Source of the DNA: Chloroflexota bacterium
GTDB taxonomy: Bacteria; Chloroflexota; Anaerolineae; Anaerolineales; Anaerolineaceae
Assembly (NCBI GenBank): GCA_012517865.1
Contig: JAAYUC010000044.1
Span: 673 to 64,672 of the forward strand
Reading direction: 5' to 3'
Length of the DNA: 64,000 nucleotides
The notes below the pieces were generated by a model. The model saw nothing but the letters and a program-made list of their open reading frames with translations, made no database searches and was not told the DNA's origin. Shown one piece after another: positions 19,386 to 28,421 of this stretch. The position numbers and the translations under genes were made by a program. Within the stretch, counting starts at the first letter, position 1. Every line of letters begins with the position of its first letter.

Positions 19386-20219
19386 ATGAGAAAAAACACG
19401 CGCATTTGGCTGGCACTTTTATTGAGCGCAGCACTCACCGCGGCAAGCTGCGCGCCGCTGCCTGCCGCCTCACACACCCCAACCGCCAGCCCGACCTACA
19501 CGCAAGCGCCCGAGACCGCCTCGCCGCCAAAGGTTACCAACACGCCGGAGCCCCCCGCGTCGCCCACCCCCAGCCCCACGCCCGACCCAACCGCGCTCCT
19601 GGCGCTCTTACCTGTGCCCCCGCGCTTTGAAAGCGCTGAAGATGGCGAGCGCGTGTTCTTTGGCGATGCCTATAAACAGCTGCCCGAAGCCGATACCGTC
19701 GATGAAATCATCGTTCCCGAACTCATCATCATCCACACGGACGGACAGACTGCCAACCTGCCCAGGAACTGGAACACAGAAAGCACCTTTCACGGCCTGG
19801 GCCAATGGTACTCTGTGCATTTTGCGGTGAGCCAGTACGACATTTTGCAGATGCTGCCAATGTACACCTACGGAGTCTTGCACGGCAGCGGCGCCGCGCC
19901 GCAGTATAACGACCAGGGCGAATGGGTGACCTATAACAACCGCTCCATTCATATTGAGATGGCCGGGCACGACTTTAACGCCCTGATAGCGGGATGGGCA
20001 AATCCGGAGATGAAAGAGGCGATTACAAAAACCACGGACAAAGCCACAGACCTGGTGGTATCCCTGCTCTGGTATTACCACATCGACCCGGCAAATGTGC
20101 TCGGGCATTATCAGGTCGGGCGCGGAAAAGCAGACCCGGGGAATCTATACTTCGAACAGTACTTTCTTCCACAGATGCTGGAAAAATGGGAAGCCCTGCA
20201 AAAAAGCCTTCAACCCTGA
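19386..20219 (+). CDS. N-acetylmuramoyl-L-alanine amidase (Amidase_2/PGRP fold) lipoprotein
   Basis: Lipobox LTAASC and a Pro/Thr linker. Motifs present: IIIHTDG, HFAVS, NNRSIHIEMAG and LGHYQVGRGKADPG. Confidence 0.8.
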   Translation: MRKNTRIWLALLLSAALTAASCAPLPAASHTPTASPTYTQAPETASPPKVTNTPEPPASPTPSPTPDPTALLALLPVPPRFESAEDGERVFFGDAYKQLPEADTVDEIIVPELIIIHTDGQTANLPRNWNTESTFHGLGQWYSVHFAVSQYDILQMLPMYTYGVLHGSGAAPQYNDQGEWVTYNNRSIHIEMAGHDFNALIAGWANPEMKEAITKTTDKATDLVVSLLWYYHIDPANVLGHYQVGRGKADPGNLYFEQYFLPQMLEKWEALQKSLQP

Positions 20220-20312
20220 ACATGCCAGCGCTGCTGTGCGCCCGATTGTTAAATCCATGTAAATTCACCTCCGGCGACGCCTGAATTCCGCTCAGTTAAT
20301 AAGGAAATGCGA

Positions 20313-20354
20313 TTGACAAGCCGCTTTTTGGGAGTAAGATATACATCTTGTCAA
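20313..20354 (+). promoter_or_regulatory. Candidate promoter (TTGACA-16-TAAGAT) bracketed by an 8-bp inverted repeat
   Basis: TTGACA at 20313-20318 and TAAGAT at 20335-20340. TTGACAAG (20313-20320) is the reverse complement of CTTGTCAA (20347-20354). The site is ~55 nt upstream of the ATPase start. Confidence 0.4.
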
Positions 20355-20406
20355 AACAGAAAAAGCATTCTTCTATCCCCCCAGAAAGTATTATCATTAA
20401 TCATCT

Positions 20407-23280
20407 ATGGAAGCGCAGCCCACACAGTTAAGTGCAGAATTAATTCAGCGAATTCAGGAATTGACGCCTGACCAACTGTATCAGGAACTTGGTTCCAGGC
20501 CCGAAGGTTTGACCCAGCAGGAAGCTGCCCAGCGCCTGACTATCTACGGGCCGAATGTTCTCAAGGAAGTCAAAGGCAAACCGCTCATCCTCAAATTCCT
20601 GGCCAACTTCACCCACATCATGGCACTAATGCTTTGGGTGGCCGGCCTTGGCGCTTTTGTCGCGCGCATGCCGGAACTGGGCATTGCGGTTTGGGCAGTT
20701 AATATCATCAACGGGTCATTCAGCTTCTTCCAGGAATTCCGGGCTGAAAAAGCCACGCAGGCGCTGAAAAAGATACTACCTTCCACTTCGCGCGTCATGC
20801 GCAACGGGGAAGAAACCAGTATTCTCGCCCAGGAGCTTGTGCCCGGCGATGTCATATTCCTGCAGGAAGGTGACAGCATCCCCGCAGACTGCCGCCTGCT
20901 AAACAGTTCTGACCTGCGGGTCAATCAATCCACGCTGACCGGTGAATCACACCCGGTCAACCGCTCGGCGGAACCCGTCAGCGGAGAAAACATGACCCGT
21001 TCGGATATCCCGAACCTCATTTTTGCCAGCACGTTCGTTGCTGCCGGCTCAGGCAAGGCGGTCGTTTACGCCACCGGAATGAATACCGCTTTTGGACGCA
21101 TCGCCCAGATTACCCAGTCGGTCAAAGAAGAACTCAGCCCTCTGCAGAAAGAGATGAAAAATGTCACAAAAATCGTGACACTCATCGCGGTTGGCGTCGG
21201 CCTCCTCTTTCTGGTCATCGCGCTGCTGTTGGTGAAAATCCCCTTAATTGAGAGCTTTATTTTCACGCTCGGCATGGTTGTCGCTTTCGTTCCCGAAGGG
21301 TTGCTGCCGACCGTGACCCTGGCGCTCGCGATGGGAACGCAGCGTATGGCCAAGCGCAACGCGTTGATTAAAAAACTCTCCGCGGTGGAAACGCTAGGCT
21401 GCACCAATGTGATTTGCACCGATAAGACCGGAACCTTGACCCAAAACGAAATGACCGTTCGCGCGGTATGGGTGCCTTCCGCGAGTGAAACCGAGCCCCA
21501 CGCAGGGCGTGAGATTGCGGTTTCGGGCACAGGTTACGAACCGGTCGGCACATTTTCTGAAAATGGTGCCGTGATTGACCCCCGCGCCGTACCGGCGTTA
21601 ACTCAGGTGATTCTCACCGAGGCGAAATGCAACACTGCCCGCCTGCTCCCTCCCGAAACGCTCGAGGACGGCAGCAAAACCGGCTGGAAGGTGCTTGGCG
21701 ACCCGACAGAAGCCGCATTATTGGTACTGGCGGATAAAGCCGGCTACACCCGCGAAGACCTGCAAAGCGGGCAAAGCGTCGCGGAACTTCCTTTTGATTC
21801 CCGCCGCAAACGCATGTCTGTGGTGCATATGGAGCGCGCCGAAAATACGCTCCAGCGCGTAGCCTATGTTAAAGGCGGTATTCGCGAGGTTCTGGATGCC
21901 TGCACGCGAATTCAGGTTGGCGAACAGATACTGCCACTCAGCCAGGACTGGATTGATTTCATCATGGCTCAGAATGACAGCTTCGCGCGGCAGGGTTTGC
22001 GCGTGCTGGCCGCTGCGACGCGCGTTCTCCCCAGGGAACTGAGTGAATATCAGGTGGAGACCATCGAAACGGAGCTGACATTTTTGGGGATGGTGGCGAT
22101 GATGGACCCGCCGCGCGTGGATGTCACCGAGGCGGTGGAAAAATGCCGCAACGCGGGCATTCGCATCGTTATGATTACCGGCGACTACGGCCTGACCGCT
22201 GAAAGTATCGCCCGCCGGATTGGCATTGTCCGCGGTGAGAATCTGCGCGTGATTACAGGCGTGGAATTGGAAGGCATGAGCGATGAGGAGCTGCTGCAGG
22301 CAGTGCAGGGTCAGGTCATTTTCGCCCGCGTTGCCCCGGAACAAAAACTGAAGGTGGTTACCGCGCTGCAAAACCTGGGCAACGTGGTGGCTGTGACGGG
22401 CGACGGCGTGAATGATGCCCCTGCCCTGAAGAAAGCAGATATTGGCGTCGCGATGGGCCTCTCAGGCTCGGATGTCGCCAAGGAAGCCGCGGATATGATT
22501 CTGATGGACGACAACTTTGGTTCCATTGTGAACGCAATTGAGGAAGGCCGCGCGGTTTACGAGAACATCAAACGCTTCACCACCTATATCTTCACCAGCA
22601 ACACGCCGGAAGCGCTGCCTTTTATCGCGCACGCCCTTTCCGCCGCCCGCATCCCGATTGCCCTGAACGTCATGCACGTTTTGGCTGTGGACCTGGGTAC
22701 GGATATTGTTCCCGCTCTCGCGCTGGGCGCTGAGCCGCCTGAAGAAGGCACCATGCACCGTCCGCCGCGCAAGCTGACCGAGCACCTGATTACCCGGCCG
22801 CTGCTCTCGCGCGCTTATCTGGTGCTTGGCCCGGTGCAGGCGCTGGCAGCCATGGCCGCCTTTTACTATTACTACTGGACCAACGGCTATGCCGGCCAAT
22901 GGCTTGATTTGCCCGGCAGCGGACCGATTTATCGCGCCGCGACTTCCATGGCGCTGGCTTCGGTGGTATTCACCCAGATTGGCAACCTTTTTGCTCAGCG
23001 TTCCACGCGCCGCTCAATTTTCAAGACGCCGCTTTTCAATAACAAGCTCATATGGTTTGGCATCCTGAGTGAACTACTTATCATCCTGGCTATCGTCTAC
23101 GTCCCGTTCATGCAGCGCTTTATCGGCACAGGTCCTTTTGAATTGAAATATTGGTTGTTCCACCTGCTGTTGATACCCAGCCTGCCCCTCGCGGACGCGG
23201 TTCGAAAAGCAGCGCAGAAGCAAAAAGATAAACGGGTCCTGCAAAAGCAACAACTTGCTGAAAAAGGAGAAACATTATGA
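20407..23280 (+). CDS. P2-type cation-transporting P-type ATPase
   Basis: 957 aa. Motifs: TGES, VPEGLLPTVT (TM4 PEGL), DKTGTLTQNEMTV (phosphorylation site), MITGD and TGDGVNDAPALKKADIGVAMG. About 10 predicted TM segments. Confidence 0.9.
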   Translation: MEAQPTQLSAELIQRIQELTPDQLYQELGSRPEGLTQQEAAQRLTIYGPNVLKEVKGKPLILKFLANFTHIMALMLWVAGLGAFVARMPELGIAVWAVNIINGSFSFFQEFRAEKATQALKKILPSTSRVMRNGEETSILAQELVPGDVIFLQEGDSIPADCRLLNSSDLRVNQSTLTGESHPVNRSAEPVSGENMTRSDIPNLIFASTFVAAGSGKAVVYATGMNTAFGRIAQITQSVKEELSPLQKEMKNVTKIVTLIAVGVGLLFLVIALLLVKIPLIESFIFTLGMVVAFVPEGLLPTVTLALAMGTQRMAKRNALIKKLSAVETLGCTNVICTDKTGTLTQNEMTVRAVWVPSASETEPHAGREIAVSGTGYEPVGTFSENGAVIDPRAVPALTQVILTEAKCNTARLLPPETLEDGSKTGWKVLGDPTEAALLVLADKAGYTREDLQSGQSVAELPFDSRRKRMSVVHMERAENTLQRVAYVKGGIREVLDACTRIQVGEQILPLSQDWIDFIMAQNDSFARQGLRVLAAATRVLPRELSEYQVETIETELTFLGMVAMMDPPRVDVTEAVEKCRNAGIRIVMITGDYGLTAESIARRIGIVRGENLRVITGVELEGMSDEELLQAVQGQVIFARVAPEQKLKVVTALQNLGNVVAVTGDGVNDAPALKKADIGVAMGLSGSDVAKEAADMILMDDNFGSIVNAIEEGRAVYENIKRFTTYIFTSNTPEALPFIAHALSAARIPIALNVMHVLAVDLGTDIVPALALGAEPPEEGTMHRPPRKLTEHLITRPLLSRAYLVLGPVQALAAMAAFYYYYWTNGYAGQWLDLPGSGPIYRAATSMALASVVFTQIGNLFAQRSTRRSIFKTPLFNNKLIWFGILSELLIILAIVYVPFMQRFIGTGPFELKYWLFHLLLIPSLPLADAVRKAAQKQKDKRVLQKQQLAEKGETL

Positions 23281-23924
23281 AAATAATCATTATCGGGTGT
23301 GGACGTGTCGGAGCGGGCCTCGCCAAGAACCTGAGCATCCAGGGCATCGATGTCTCAGTGATTGACAGCGACCCAAAAGCTTTTGAACTGCTCGGCCCAA
23401 CCTTTAAAGGCAAGACATTGGTTGGAATTGGTTTTGACCAGAAGGTGCTTTCAGACGCCGGCATTGACCGCGCCGACGCCCTGGCGGCAGTTACCGCCTC
23501 GGACGAGGTGAATCTTGTGGCGGCGCGCATGGCTAAGATGGTCTTCAAGGTGCCCCGGGTGTCCGCTCGGGTTTACGAGCCGCAAAAAGCGAAAATCTAC
23601 CGCCGCATGGGCATCCAGACAATCTCGCCGGTCACGCTGGGAATTGACCGCATGATCAGCACCCTGATTTATTCGCAGCTCAACATTGAGCGCCTGATTG
23701 GCGCGGGGCAGGTCAGCCTGATTGACGTGGATGTGAAACCACAGCTGGTCAACCATTCCGTTAAGGAAACGGAAGTGCCTGGTGAGATTCAGGTGGTCGC
23801 AATCACGCGAGCCGGAAAAACATTCATTCCCAACCCCGCCACACAGTTTCAGAGGGACGACATTGTGCACTTGTTCGTGAAATTCGGCTCGAAAGACAAA
23901 GTCAGCCGCATTTTCGGGGCTTAG
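23277..23924 (+). CDS. trkA: TrkA/KtrA-type RCK protein (TrkA-N NAD-binding domain plus TrkA-C)
   Basis: MKIIIIGCGRVGAGLA Rossmann motif. The start ATG overlaps the ATPase stop (ATGA at 23277-23280). AAGGAG lies inside the ATPase 3' end. Confidence 0.85.
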   Translation: MKIIIIGCGRVGAGLAKNLSIQGIDVSVIDSDPKAFELLGPTFKGKTLVGIGFDQKVLSDAGIDRADALAAVTASDEVNLVAARMAKMVFKVPRVSARVYEPQKAKIYRRMGIQTISPVTLGIDRMISTLIYSQLNIERLIGAGQVSLIDVDVKPQLVNHSVKETEVPGEIQVVAITRAGKTFIPNPATQFQRDDIVHLFVKFGSKDKVSRIFGA

Positions 23925-23944
23925 GCAAAGGTAAGGAGGACAAT

Positions 23945-24613
23945 ATGAAGGTCATGATTATCGGTGGTGGCAAGGTCGGCACTTACCTGGCGAATTATCT
24001 TCTCAGCGAAAACCACGAAGTCCGTTTGATTGAACTGCGCGAAGAAGAGAAAGCGCGCATCCTGCTGGACGTTCCGGAAAGCGTCGTGTACATGGGCAAC
24101 GGCACGGACCCTGATGTTTTGGAAGCGGCCGGCATCCGAAAAATGGACGTGCTTGCCGCGGTTACCGGCCAGGACGAGGTCAATCTGGTGGCCACCAGCC
24201 TGGCGCGATTTGAATTTATGGTGCCGCGCACCATCGCGCGCATCAACCATCCCAAAAACGCCTGGATGTTCAGCGATGTGATGGGGGTGGATGTGGCGCT
24301 AAACCAGGCTGACCTGATGGCGGCCTTGATAGCTGAGGAAATGTCTTTGGGAGACATGATTACGCTGCACAAACTGCGCAAAGGCAAATTTGACCTGGTG
24401 GAAGAAAAAGTCGCACCAAACGCGATTGCCAACGGAAAAATGCTTCGCGACCTGAAATTTCCGCCGCAGAGCACCATCGTGGCAGTCATTCGCAGCGGGG
24501 AACTCCTGATTCCCAACGGCGAGCTCGAGTTTCAGACCGCGGATGAAGTACTGGCGGTCGTGCGAAAAGACCAAAAGAAAGATTTGGCGCGCTTTTTTGA
24601 CCGCGTGCTTTAG
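23945..24613 (+). CDS. trkA: Second TrkA/KtrA-type RCK protein
   Basis: MKVMIIGGGKVGTYLA Rossmann motif, with a TrkA-C-like C-terminal half. AAGGAGG lies upstream. Confidence 0.85.
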   Translation: MKVMIIGGGKVGTYLANYLLSENHEVRLIELREEEKARILLDVPESVVYMGNGTDPDVLEAAGIRKMDVLAAVTGQDEVNLVATSLARFEFMVPRTIARINHPKNAWMFSDVMGVDVALNQADLMAALIAEEMSLGDMITLHKLRKGKFDLVEEKVAPNAIANGKMLRDLKFPPQSTIVAVIRSGELLIPNGELEFQTADEVLAVVRKDQKKDLARFFDRVL

Positions 24614-24633
24614 CTTCGCGTTCCGAATTCCGC

Positions 24634-24664
24634 AATCCCGCCTCGAAGGCGGGATTTTTATTTT
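24634..24664 (+). terminator. Intrinsic terminator ending the ATPase-trkA-trkA unit
   Basis: AATCCCGCC (24634-24642), loop TCGAA, GGCGGGATT (24648-24656), followed by TTTTTATTTT. Confidence 0.8.
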
Positions 24665-24735
24665 CTTAGGCTTTAATCGCGCGGAGGTTTATGGTAGGAT
24701 ATTGGCAGTTTATATTGCGATTGGCAGGATAATCT

Positions 24736-26163
24736 ATGTTCAGAACACGTTTTGCTCCCAGCCCGACCGGCTATATGCATATCGGCAACCTGCGCACAGC
24801 CCTCTACGCCTATTTACTGGCGAAAAAACACAAGGGCGTTTTCATTTTGCGCATCGAAGACACCGACCAATCCCGCAACGTGCCCGCCGCGCTTGCGGCG
24901 ATTTACAACGGCCTTGCCCTGGCCGGCATCACCTATGATGAAGGACCCGATAAAGACGGTGGGAAGGGGCCGTACGTTCAGAGCCAGCGCCTGCCTATCT
25001 ATAAAAAATACGCCGAAGAGCTCATCGCGAAAGGCGCCGCGTATTACTGCTTCTGCCAGAAGGAAGACAAGCCCGAAGCGGAAGACCAGCCCGCCCATCC
25101 GGATGTCACCCGCGACCCCTGCCGGTTTTTAACCGAGGCAGAAGCGCGCGCCCGATTATCCGGCGGCGTGATTCCGGTGGTGCGCCAGCGCATCCCCGAA
25201 GGCGGCAGCACAAGCTTCGATGACCACGTTTACGGCAGGATTACCATCGACAATTCCCAGCTGGACGACCAGGTGCTGCTGAAATCAGATGGGTTCCCAA
25301 CCTACAATTTTGCCAATGTGGTGGACGACCACCTGATGGAAATCACGCATGTCATTCGCGGGCAGGAATATCTTTCATCCACGCCGAAATACAACCTGCT
25401 TTACCAGGCCTTTGGCTGGCAGATTCCTGAATACATTCACCTGCCGCTCATTCTGCGCGAGGACGGCGCAAAGCTGAGCAAGCGCGCGGGCGACCCGTCT
25501 TTTGAGGACCTGGTCAACATGGGCTACCTGCCGGAAGCCATTGTGAACTACGTCGCCTTGCTTGGGTGGAGCCCGGGAAACGACCGCGAGTTCTTCACCA
25601 TGCAGGATTTAATCGAAGCCTTCGACATGGACCGCATCGGCAAGTCCAGCGCGGCTTTCTCCATGGATAAACTCACCTGGCTGAACGGCGAACATATCCG
25701 CGCGATGGACCCCGCGGCTTTCCACCAGGCTGCCAGAAAGTACTATCCCAAGGACAGCGGCCTGGATGAGGAAAAAATCAGCCGGCTGATTCAGATTCGC
25801 GTGGAAAAGCTGACCGATATTCCCGGCATGATTCGCTTCTTGAGCGAACTGCCTGAATACGGCCCGGAATTATTTGAAAATCAAAAATCCAAGGCCACGC
25901 TAGCCTCCAGCGCTGAAGTGCTGCGGGCGGTTATTCCCTTGCTCCAGAAGCTGGAAAAATGGGATAACGAAAGCCTTTTCGCGGCTCTGAAGGATTTTGC
26001 CGCCGCAAATGGATACAAAACCGGGACGGTGATGTGGCCAATCCGCACCTCGCTTTCGGGCCTGCCGGCCTCGCCGGGGGGCGCCACAGAACTGGCGGAT
26101 TTGCTTGGAAAAGAGGAAACTCTGCGGCGGTTGGTCATCGGGCTCCAAAAGCTTGAAAGCTGA
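24736..26163 (+). CDS. gltX: Glutamate--tRNA ligase
   Basis: RFAPSPTGYMHIGNLRTALY (HIGH motif), KLSKR (KMSKS motif), and a typical length of 475 aa. Confidence 0.95.
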   Translation: MFRTRFAPSPTGYMHIGNLRTALYAYLLAKKHKGVFILRIEDTDQSRNVPAALAAIYNGLALAGITYDEGPDKDGGKGPYVQSQRLPIYKKYAEELIAKGAAYYCFCQKEDKPEAEDQPAHPDVTRDPCRFLTEAEARARLSGGVIPVVRQRIPEGGSTSFDDHVYGRITIDNSQLDDQVLLKSDGFPTYNFANVVDDHLMEITHVIRGQEYLSSTPKYNLLYQAFGWQIPEYIHLPLILREDGAKLSKRAGDPSFEDLVNMGYLPEAIVNYVALLGWSPGNDREFFTMQDLIEAFDMDRIGKSSAAFSMDKLTWLNGEHIRAMDPAAFHQAARKYYPKDSGLDEEKISRLIQIRVEKLTDIPGMIRFLSELPEYGPELFENQKSKATLASSAEVLRAVIPLLQKLEKWDNESLFAALKDFAAANGYKTGTVMWPIRTSLSGLPASPGGATELADLLGKEETLRRLVIGLQKLES

Positions 26164-26240
26164 CGCGCGGGGCCGGCCTGCAGCGACAGGAACAGTTCTT
26201 GCAACCTTAGCTCTCATTGACAAACACCTGGCGCGCGCAG

Positions 26241-28388
26241 ATGAAAGCATTATTAGACATAATCCCTCTTCTCACGGTACTGCCCTACGCTTTGCTCTAT
26301 TACTTCATTCTGCTTAGCGCCAGCCTGCTTGCCGCCCTGGCGCTGCGCAGAACGGTTGGCGCGCCTTATCAGCCCGCGCGCGCGCTGCGCGCCGCGCTGT
26401 TTGTGCTCTTTATCGCCCAGACGCTGCTGCTGACGCTCAGCCTTCTGATTTTTCAGGGGTTCAGCAGTCTTTCCCGTTTTTTTCCGCTTATCTTCCATGC
26501 GCTCACACTGATTACACTGATTTGGCTGTGCGCCGGACTGCTTTACGACCGGTTGAACAGCCGCGCGGCGCGGCTTCCGGTTTTTCTCAGCGGCTTCACG
26601 CTTCTGGCGGGAATGCTGTGCGTGCTGGCCTGGTCCGCGCGGCCGGCGGAAGAAGCTTTTGCCGGCTCTGTTTTCAGCCTGGCGTGGTCGGGCGCGGCTT
26701 TGCTGGTGCTTCTGGTTGGTTTGCTGCTGGCTTTGCGCGGCAGGCGCGCCCATAAACTGGAACGCGTCCTGATTTTGCTCATCGCCGCTCTTGGGTATTT
26801 GGCGAACATCCTCTACCCTACAGAAAGCACTCTGCCCAGCGGCGTCATGCTCAGCCAGTTACTGTATTACCCCCTGCTTATCAGCGCCGCCTGGCAGTCC
26901 AGACGGAGGGAACAGCCGCGGCCTGCAGGCGCAAGTTCGCCGCAAATGGCGGCCGCTTTCCTGGACCTTGGCCTGGTGGAGCGCGTCAGTGAAATACGCG
27001 CCGCTCTTACCCACGCTCTCTCCCTCTTTCTGATGGGGGATTTGGTTGGAATCATGGAAAAAGACGCGCAGGCGAACGCGTTTAATGTAAGCAGCATGTA
27101 CGACCTCATCAGTGAATCCTATCTTCCCACTTTTCAACTGCCCTTCAAACAGGTGCCCAAACTTCGCCGGCACTTTGAGGACCTTATCCCTCTCACCGCG
27201 AACGCGGACGAACAACTGAGCAGTGAAAAGCAAGCCATCATGCGCGCCAGCGCTTACAACGCCGCCGGCAGCCTGCTGCTCTATCCTCTGGGCAGCGCCG
27301 GCCAGCCTGCGCGCTTCGCTCTGCTGTGCGTCAATCCCTACACCAAACGCATTTGGACGGAGTCGGACCTGCAAATCCTTGGCGAGCTTTCCGGCAAGAT
27401 TTATCAGGTATTGGACCGCGCCGCGCTGGTGGAAGCCGGCAGCGCCCTGAAAGACCAGAGCCGCTACCTCAGCAATCAACTGGAACGGGAAAAAAGCGAT
27501 TTGGCCGCCGCGCTCTCCAGCAGCCGGGCGGAAATAAACGCGCTGCGGGCGCAGCGGTCGGAAGAAGAGTCGGCGCGGGCCGTGGAACTGCGCGTCTGCC
27601 AGGAACGGCAAAAGTACCTCGAAACACAGCTGGACCTGCTTTCGGAGAGATTGCGCACCCAAACAGAAGCGTTGGGTGAACTGGAATCCCTGCGCCAACA
27701 AAAAAGCGCCCTCGCGCTGGCATTGGAAGAAAATCAACAGCGCGCGGGCGAACTGCAGCGCAGGCTTGAACAGGCCGGGCTTGCCCAGAACGACCTGAAG
27801 GTACAGCCAGAGGCACCGCGGGAAGAAACTCCGGAATTAGCATCCGCGCAGCCAGAGGCGCTTGCTGAGGAGAGTGACCGCGCTAACCAGCCCACAGGAA
27901 CCCGCGAAGCTCTCCAGGCGGCGTTGGATGAGACAGCTGCGTCCTTTTATTCCAGGCGGGTCGCGCTGCGCACCGCGATTGAAGATATCCCGGACATGCC
28001 GAAGCCCGAGCTTGCCCGGCTGCAGAAAATTCTTGAAAACCTGGCCATCAATGCTTTCGCGGCCGCGCCGCCGGAGAGCGAAGTTTTGGTGCAGGTTCGG
28101 ACTGTCAGCGCGGATGGTGAAAGCCCCGCGCTGGAGATACTCAGCACGCATGCCGGCGAGGGAATCGCGCCGGAGGAACAGAAACGCCTGGCTGAATTGC
28201 TTGAGTTGCCTGAAGCCCCCTCGCCTGCCGGCCTTGGCGATTTTGCCGTCCTGCGCGAAGCCGCGCGCCTGCTGCGCGAATGCGGCGGGCATTGGTGGCT
28301 GAAGAGCGAACCCGGCAGTCTGACCACCTGGCGCGCACTGATTCCAATGAATTCCAGGCCAGACCCCAACGCGCCGGCGCGTAATTAA
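26241..28388 (+). CDS. Polytopic membrane sensor-like protein: N-terminal TM bundle, GAF-like region, long coiled coil, C-terminal HATPase_c-like domain
   Basis: About 6-7 hydrophobic helices in the first ~230 aa. A GAF-like block ends in WTESDLQILGELSGKIYQVLDRA. The coiled coil is heptad-rich (about residues 430-540). The C-terminus has LQKILENLAINAF (N-box-like) and AGLGDFAVLREAARLLRECGGHWWLKSEPGSLTTWRALIP (G2-like). The start could be 26217 or 26241. Confidence 0.55.
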   Translation: MKALLDIIPLLTVLPYALLYYFILLSASLLAALALRRTVGAPYQPARALRAALFVLFIAQTLLLTLSLLIFQGFSSLSRFFPLIFHALTLITLIWLCAGLLYDRLNSRAARLPVFLSGFTLLAGMLCVLAWSARPAEEAFAGSVFSLAWSGAALLVLLVGLLLALRGRRAHKLERVLILLIAALGYLANILYPTESTLPSGVMLSQLLYYPLLISAAWQSRRREQPRPAGASSPQMAAAFLDLGLVERVSEIRAALTHALSLFLMGDLVGIMEKDAQANAFNVSSMYDLISESYLPTFQLPFKQVPKLRRHFEDLIPLTANADEQLSSEKQAIMRASAYNAAGSLLLYPLGSAGQPARFALLCVNPYTKRIWTESDLQILGELSGKIYQVLDRAALVEAGSALKDQSRYLSNQLEREKSDLAAALSSSRAEINALRAQRSEEESARAVELRVCQERQKYLETQLDLLSERLRTQTEALGELESLRQQKSALALALEENQQRAGELQRRLEQAGLAQNDLKVQPEAPREETPELASAQPEALAEESDRANQPTGTREALQAALDETAASFYSRRVALRTAIEDIPDMPKPELARLQKILENLAINAFAAAPPESEVLVQVRTVSADGESPALEILSTHAGEGIAPEEQKRLAELLELPEAPSPAGLGDFAVLREAARLLRECGGHWWLKSEPGSLTTWRALIPMNSRPDPNAPARN

Positions 28389-28421
28389 AGCGGTAAGAGG
28401 CCGGCAGGAGCTGCGAAAACG

